Source of the DNA: Andalucia godoyi And28
Lineage: Eukaryota > Protista > Jakobida
Length of the DNA stretch: 64,000 bases
NCBI GenBank assembly: GCA_009859145.1
Contig: VRVR01000037.1
Span: 76,892 to 140,891 of the forward strand
Reading direction: 5' to 3'
The notes below the pieces were generated by a model that made no database searches, had not been told where the DNA came from, and saw only the letters and a list, made by a program, of their open reading frames with translations. Shown piece after piece: positions 61,788-64,000 of the stretch; the stretch's first letter is position 1, and every line of letters starts with the position of its first letter. The position numbers and the translations under genes were made by a program.

Positions 61788-61899
61788 ACTGCATTCCGCT
61801 GTTCCTCACTTGCTGTCGGGCTTGATGCTAGCGAGTCAGTGTCACTGCATCAAGCGGCTGACAGGTGTGAGGACTTGTGACCGGTAAGCGGGCATCAGT
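61788..61899. other. Long imperfect intergenic hairpin (candidate structured RNA)
   Basis: Nested stems: ACTG/CAGT, CCGCT/AGCGG, TCCTCAC/GTGAGGA, CTGTCGG/CTGACAG, GCTTGATGC/GCATCAAGC. Confidence 0.5.
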
Positions 61900-62088
61900 C
61901 TGACACACAAAACACAAAAATCAAAACCCGCCCCCATTGCAATTCACATTCAGCGAAAAAAAAAATTTAACAATAAAGAACGACGTAAAAGAAAACAGGA
62001 AACACTCTCAACTTGTCTCTCGAATCGGCTTTCGTTTTCTCTTCTTGTTTTTACCGCTCTGTTTTTTTCTTGTTTGTCGGCGCTGAAC

Positions 62089-64000
62089 ATGAATCTTGAT
62101 TCTGGATTTGTTCACTCTATATTGGCAGCTCTCCAGCTCGCTGGAACAGGAGGTATGTCGACAACATGTCGCTATTGTTTCTTCCTTTTTTTCCCCCTTC
62201 CCTGTTATACCACCATCATCAACATTGAGTGCTTATGTGTGTGTTTTTGTTTTGCTTTCTAATTCTCAGACAAGGCGGGGGAAGCACAGCTTGTGTCTCA
62301 CTACCAATCATCCTATGAGCATTTCATGGCTTCGTTGGCTGCGATTGCTGCTGAAGAGTCTATCCAGAATGCTGCTGCCCGTCAGTTGGCATCGGTTTAC
62401 CTGAAGAACGCAATTACGTCGAAGAATGCTTTGCTGCACCAGACTCTTGGAGACTCCTGGGCTCGCGTGTCACCGGATTGCAGGAAGTTTGTTCAAGAGG
62501 CTTCATTGCGTTCGCTGATGAGTGCAGACCGCTCTGTTCGTATGGCTGGAGCTCAAGCTATTGACGCACTTGCGCAAGTTGAGCTTCCACGAGGGCTTTG
62601 GCCGACGCTGATGCAAACGCTTCTGCAAGGAGTGGAGTCTGAGCATGCGCCGGTTTCGTTGAAAGAAGCATGTCTTTTTGTTCTTGGATATATCTCCGAA
62701 TCTGTGAAACCGTCGTCTGTTCTTGAACGAGAGTCGTCATCGATTCTCACGGCGCTATGCATCGGCATGGCCTTCACATCAAAGGATGTTGTGGCAACCG
62801 CAGATATCCGAAGGGCGGCGGTGAGTGCTCTAACCAATGCACTGCGATTTGTGCGTCGTCACTTTTCCGATGCAAAGGAAAGAGATTACATCTTCAAGTG
62901 TGCTCTGGACTGCTGCTTGTACAAGCCGTCGTCTGCGCTGAGGAAGGCTTCGTTTGCTTGTTTGGCTGAGATAGTGATGCATTACTATGAGTTTTTGGAG
63001 CCATACTTGTCGCAAATTTGGAATGCGACCATTTCATGCATGACGGAAACAGCACTTGCTCTTCCGGAAGAACAGGAAGTTGCAATGTCTGCTATCGAAG
63101 TGTGGTCGGAAATTGCGGAAACGGAGATTAATTGCATTGATCTTTTGAGACAGAATCCTGGTGTTAGCCCCCATGAGTTGGGCATCGTTTACTTGAAGGT
63201 CTTGGATTTCGCGAAAGCACCGTTGGTGGAAATGCTACTTTCTTGCATGAAGAAACAGAATTCTCATTCCCAAGACTCTGATACGTGGGATGTTGCTACT
63301 GCTGCATCTACTTGCTTGACTCTTGTGGTCTCTGCGATGGGTGACGAGTTGGTTTCGCTTGTGATGCCTTTCGTCGAGGCTAATGTCCAAAACCAGGATT
63401 GGCACTGCCGGGAAGCCGCTGTCATGGCTTTCGGATGCCTTTTGGAAGGCCCTTCTGAAGATCGAATGGAACCGTATGTTAGCAATGCGCTACCATTGCT
63501 GTTGAATCATGTTCGAGATACGTATGCTATTGTCAAGGATTCGTCAGCGTGGTGTGTGTCTCGTATTGCCGAATTGTTCCCAGGTACTATCTTACTTCAG
63601 CCGGAAAATCTTAACAGATCAGTGGAAACTATTATTTATGTGTTGATGCACGATAGCCCGCGTGTCGCCCATCACGCTGCTGCTGCTTTGTCGCACATTC
63701 TGGAATGCATTGCACAAGACTCGGAAAGGTACTCTGCCGCCAAATCTGCGTTTTTGGTTTCTTCGGAATTCATTGCTAGTGCGCTCTTCCAGTCGTTGGA
63801 TCGAGATGATTCTGATGATGATAATTTGGATGTGGAAGTGACCGATTGCCTTCGATTCCTGATACAGGTCAACGAAGCATTTTGCGCACCAATTTACACG
63901 AACATTGTGCAGAGACTTCTTGCAGCTGAGCAAGACTCCAATTTTGAGCGTGCAGGATTACTGATTGGAGTTGCGAGCGAAATTTTGCAGGCCATGCGAC
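62089..64000 (+). CDS. KPNB1: Importin beta-1 (Kap95), exon 1 62089-62152, intron 62153-62269, exon 2 running off the window end
   Basis: Absent from the ORF track because it is open at the edge. Splicing GTATGT...CTAAT..CAG gives an in-frame product with ARQLASVYLKNAITSK, AQVELPRGLWPTL, AMSAIEVWSEIAETE, DWHCREAAVMAFGCLLEGP, VKDSSAWCVSRI. Confidence 0.93.

Noticed and set aside
61740-61905. SRP RNA or RNase P/MRP identity for the long hairpin
   Set aside because: No helix 6/8 GNRA-AGCAG motif, Alu domain, or CR-I/CR-V consensus.
43-63933. Hundreds of short antisense or alternate-frame ORFs nested in long genes or built from microsatellites
   Set aside because: They are shadows of real CDSs or low-complexity DNA, with no recognisable motifs and often non-ATG starts.
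1-64000. CRISPR arrays, tRNA or rRNA genes
   Set aside because: No regularly spaced repeat-spacer array, cloverleaf with A/B boxes, or rRNA-like segment was seen by eye.

Overview
Gene-dense, intron-poor eukaryotic DNA of roughly 50% GC. Axonemal genes (CFAP20, ARMC4/ODAD2) indicate a flagellated cell, and the fused DHFR-TS places it outside animals and fungi, so it is most likely a protist; the exact lineage cannot be fixed from this window. About 26 protein-coding genes are supported. They include a 5'-truncated BEACH/WD40 protein, TRRAP, Rab5, CFAP20, a FLVCR-type MFS transporter, DHFR-TS, a bacterial-like SAM methyltransferase, ARMC4, a TORTIFOLIA1/SPR2-like protein, NDUFS6, a two-PAS protein, CHCHD2, an EF-hand+RCC1 protein, eIF1AD, a PhnY-like dioxygenase, NEK2, DNAJC21, a small COMM-domain ORF, GnT-I, and a 3'-truncated importin-beta. 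Features not visible in the ORF track are a U3 snoRNA (38149-38385), four GTATG-donor introns, a dispersed degenerate repeat present twice (38591-39111 and 61444-61763), and a long intergenic hairpin. The top finding is a ~350-bp internally deleted Fanzor/TnpB derivative on the minus strand (51553-51900). It joins the N-terminal HTH segment directly to the C-terminal RuvC-III motif and retains what looks like a multi-hairpin omega-RNA scaffold, so it is a candidate nuclease-less guide-RNA cassette. All family assignments come from motif recognition by eye; no database searches or folding programs were run.
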